DNA from: an uncultured Blautia sp.
GTDB lineage: Bacteria; Bacillota; Clostridia; Lachnospirales; Lachnospiraceae
DNA: 58,261 nt
Direction: 5' to 3'
Assembly (NCBI GenBank): GCA_938028845.1
Contig: CALIZJ010000150.1
Span: forward strand, 1-58,261
The notes below the pieces were generated by a model that saw only the letters and a program-made list of their open reading frames with translations, did no database searches and was not told the DNA's origin. Made by a program: the position numbers and the translations under genes. Below are positions 56,766-58,261 of this stretch, piece by piece. Each line of letters opens with the position of its first letter. Position 1 is the first letter of the stretch.

Positions 56766-58261
56766 TTAGATTTCTGGGTCTGTGGGGTCGAAGTTTTTGC
56801 TGCCGTAGAGTGGTACGAGAGCTCTTCGTCCCAGAGGGCCTTTGAATACTTCGTCTCCTTTGTAGGAACCGTCAAAGATTTTGATGGTTGCTCCATCGCA
56901 GTTATAATATACCCATTTTGCATCTGCTACACAGCAGCGGATACAGCCGTGGGAGGCTGGGTTGCCCAGTTTGTTATATTCGCCAGCCGGAAGGCTGAAG
57001 CTGTTTGGTGCAGATCCGGCTACGGAATGGATGAAAATTCCTCCCTGTCCGGCATATTCTACATGGGTTCCATACTGTCCCCAGGAAGGCCCCATCAGAG
57101 GCTGCCATCTCAAATCGCTGTTCAGAGTATAGGTTCCAGTGGGTGTAGGAGTACCTGCTAAGCCCACAGATATACGAATGGATTTTACCGGGGTCGTTCT
57201 TCCCTTGTCAAATATGGTCATGACGCCGTTTATGCGATCCACTTCTACATAGTACGGTCCTTTGATCATGGATGTCAGGTCGTTTCTGCGGTAGCCGTTG
57301 CTGTCGAAGTAGTAGCGAAGGCCGTCGATTACCTTGGATGTATTTTTCAGGAAGCCTTTTCCATTTGGATTAAGATATTTTACCTGGTTCTTTGCATTGC
57401 TGACTACTACCCAGCCGGTACAGAATTTACCGCTGCTGTCTACATATCCATAGGTATCTCCGCGCTTAACGAATTCGTTTGTCAGCATTGTGAAATCTTC
57501 CTGGAAATAATAGTAATTTCCGTTGTCTTTAATCCATCTGTTCTGTGCAAGGATTCCTTTCGGTCCTGCATAAAACCATTTGCCTTTATAGGAGATCATG
57601 GTGTTTTTAAACATCTGTCCGTTGCGTGTGGTCGCATTGGATACTTTAAAGAAATAGGTTTTGCCATTGATCTCTGTCAGGCCGCTTGCAAGCTGGCCGT
57701 TCTCTTTGAAGTAATAGGTGCCGTCCATCCATCTGCTTACATAATGGTCTCCGCTGCTTGGATAGTAAAACCATCCGTACATCTTTCCAGCGCTGTTCGT
57801 TACTTTCTGCCAGCCTCTTTTTTCCACTACCCTTCCAGGGGTGCTTCCAAAGTAATAGAAGCGGTTGTCTGCGCCCGGACAGCGGTGCCAGCAGTTCTTC
57901 CATATTACTCTCCGGCCATCGCTGCTGAAATAATATCTGGAGTTTCCAAATTTCGCCATCGTATTCGTCAGGACACGGCCGTTTTCATCTGACGCATAGT
58001 AATAACCGTTTGCTGCTTTCAGCATCCTGTTTTTCTGGATATATCCCGCTGCACCAAGGAGGTATTTGCTGTCTCCCATGATCTCTGTGTCAAGCTTGGT
58101 GGCAACGATTCCTCTTTCATATAGACGTCCGTCTGCTTTAAAATAACGCCACTGTTCGCCTTTGCTGGTCTCTCTGTAATGCCACTGGCTGCGGAGCATG
58201 GCTCCCGCAATGCCGTTTTCTCCTGGTGTTTCCTGGAAATAATACTTGCCAGGTTTTGTAC
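56766..58261 (-). CDS. L,D-transpeptidase (YkuD) with cell-wall-binding repeats, 5'-truncated by the window edge
   Basis: TPTG, IFIHS, ASHGCIR catalytic motif. The frame stays open upstream of the track Met (…KPGKYYFQETPGENGIAGAM). Confidence 0.92.
   Translation of the reverse strand, partial: TKPGKYYFQETPGENGIAGAMLRSQWHYRETSKGEQWRYFKADGRLYERGIVATKLDTEIMGDSKYLLGAAGYIQKNRMLKAANGYYYASDENGRVLTNTMAKFGNSRYYFSSDGRRVIWKNCWHRCPGADNRFYYFGSTPGRVVEKRGWQKVTNSAGKMYGWFYYPSSGDHYVSRWMDGTYYFKENGQLASGLTEINGKTYFFKVSNATTRNGQMFKNTMISYKGKWFYAGPKGILAQNRWIKDNGNYYYFQEDFTMLTNEFVKRGDTYGYVDSSGKFCTGWVVVSNAKNQVKYLNPNGKGFLKNTSKVIDGLRYYFDSNGYRRNDLTSMIKGPYYVEVDRINGVMTIFDKGRTTPVKSIRISVGLAGTPTPTGTYTLNSDLRWQPLMGPSWGQYGTHVEYAGQGGIFIHSVAGSAPNSFSLPAGEYNKLGNPASHGCIRCCVADAKWVYYNCDGATIKIFDGSYKGDEVFKGPLGRRALVPLYGSKNFDPTDPEI

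Overview
58 kb of chromosomal DNA from a Firmicute, most likely Lachnospiraceae (Blautia-like; inferred from gene content and style, not tested). No integrase, transposase, phage gene or CRISPR array is visible. Left third: 3' end of an MsmX/UgpC ATPase, a PucR/CdaR regulator, a molybdate module (modABC divergent from a molbindin and an HTH-PBP regulator), an uncharacterised ~457-aa transporter with a long structured 5' leader divergent from a Cys-rich GidA/TrmFO-like flavoprotein, a Tyr/Asp-repeat lipoprotein, glpK, uppP, carAB, tRNA-Leu(CAG), an LRR/FN3 surface protein, clpX and htrA. From ~22.8 to 53.3 kb is a large cell-wall polysaccharide locus: LCP ligase, Und-P sugar phosphotransferase, GT2s, rmlABCD, Wzm/Wzt and two DD-carboxypeptidase paralogues. 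It is followed by three cell-wall enzymes with aromatic wall-binding repeats (amidase, GH25, L,D-transpeptidase). Best candidates for new biology: (1) a WecE + two ATP-grasp + ArnC/ArnEF/GT-C cassette in which one ATP-grasp is fused to a PLP D-cysteine-desulfhydrase-like domain, suggesting an aminoacylated amino-sugar decoration of the wall; (2) a split WbdD-like methyltransferase/kinase chain-capping pair; (3) a catalytically dead DD-peptidase; (4) a riboswitch-like leader with the transporter/flavoprotein pair next to mod. All product calls come from motif recognition in the translations; no database search was run.
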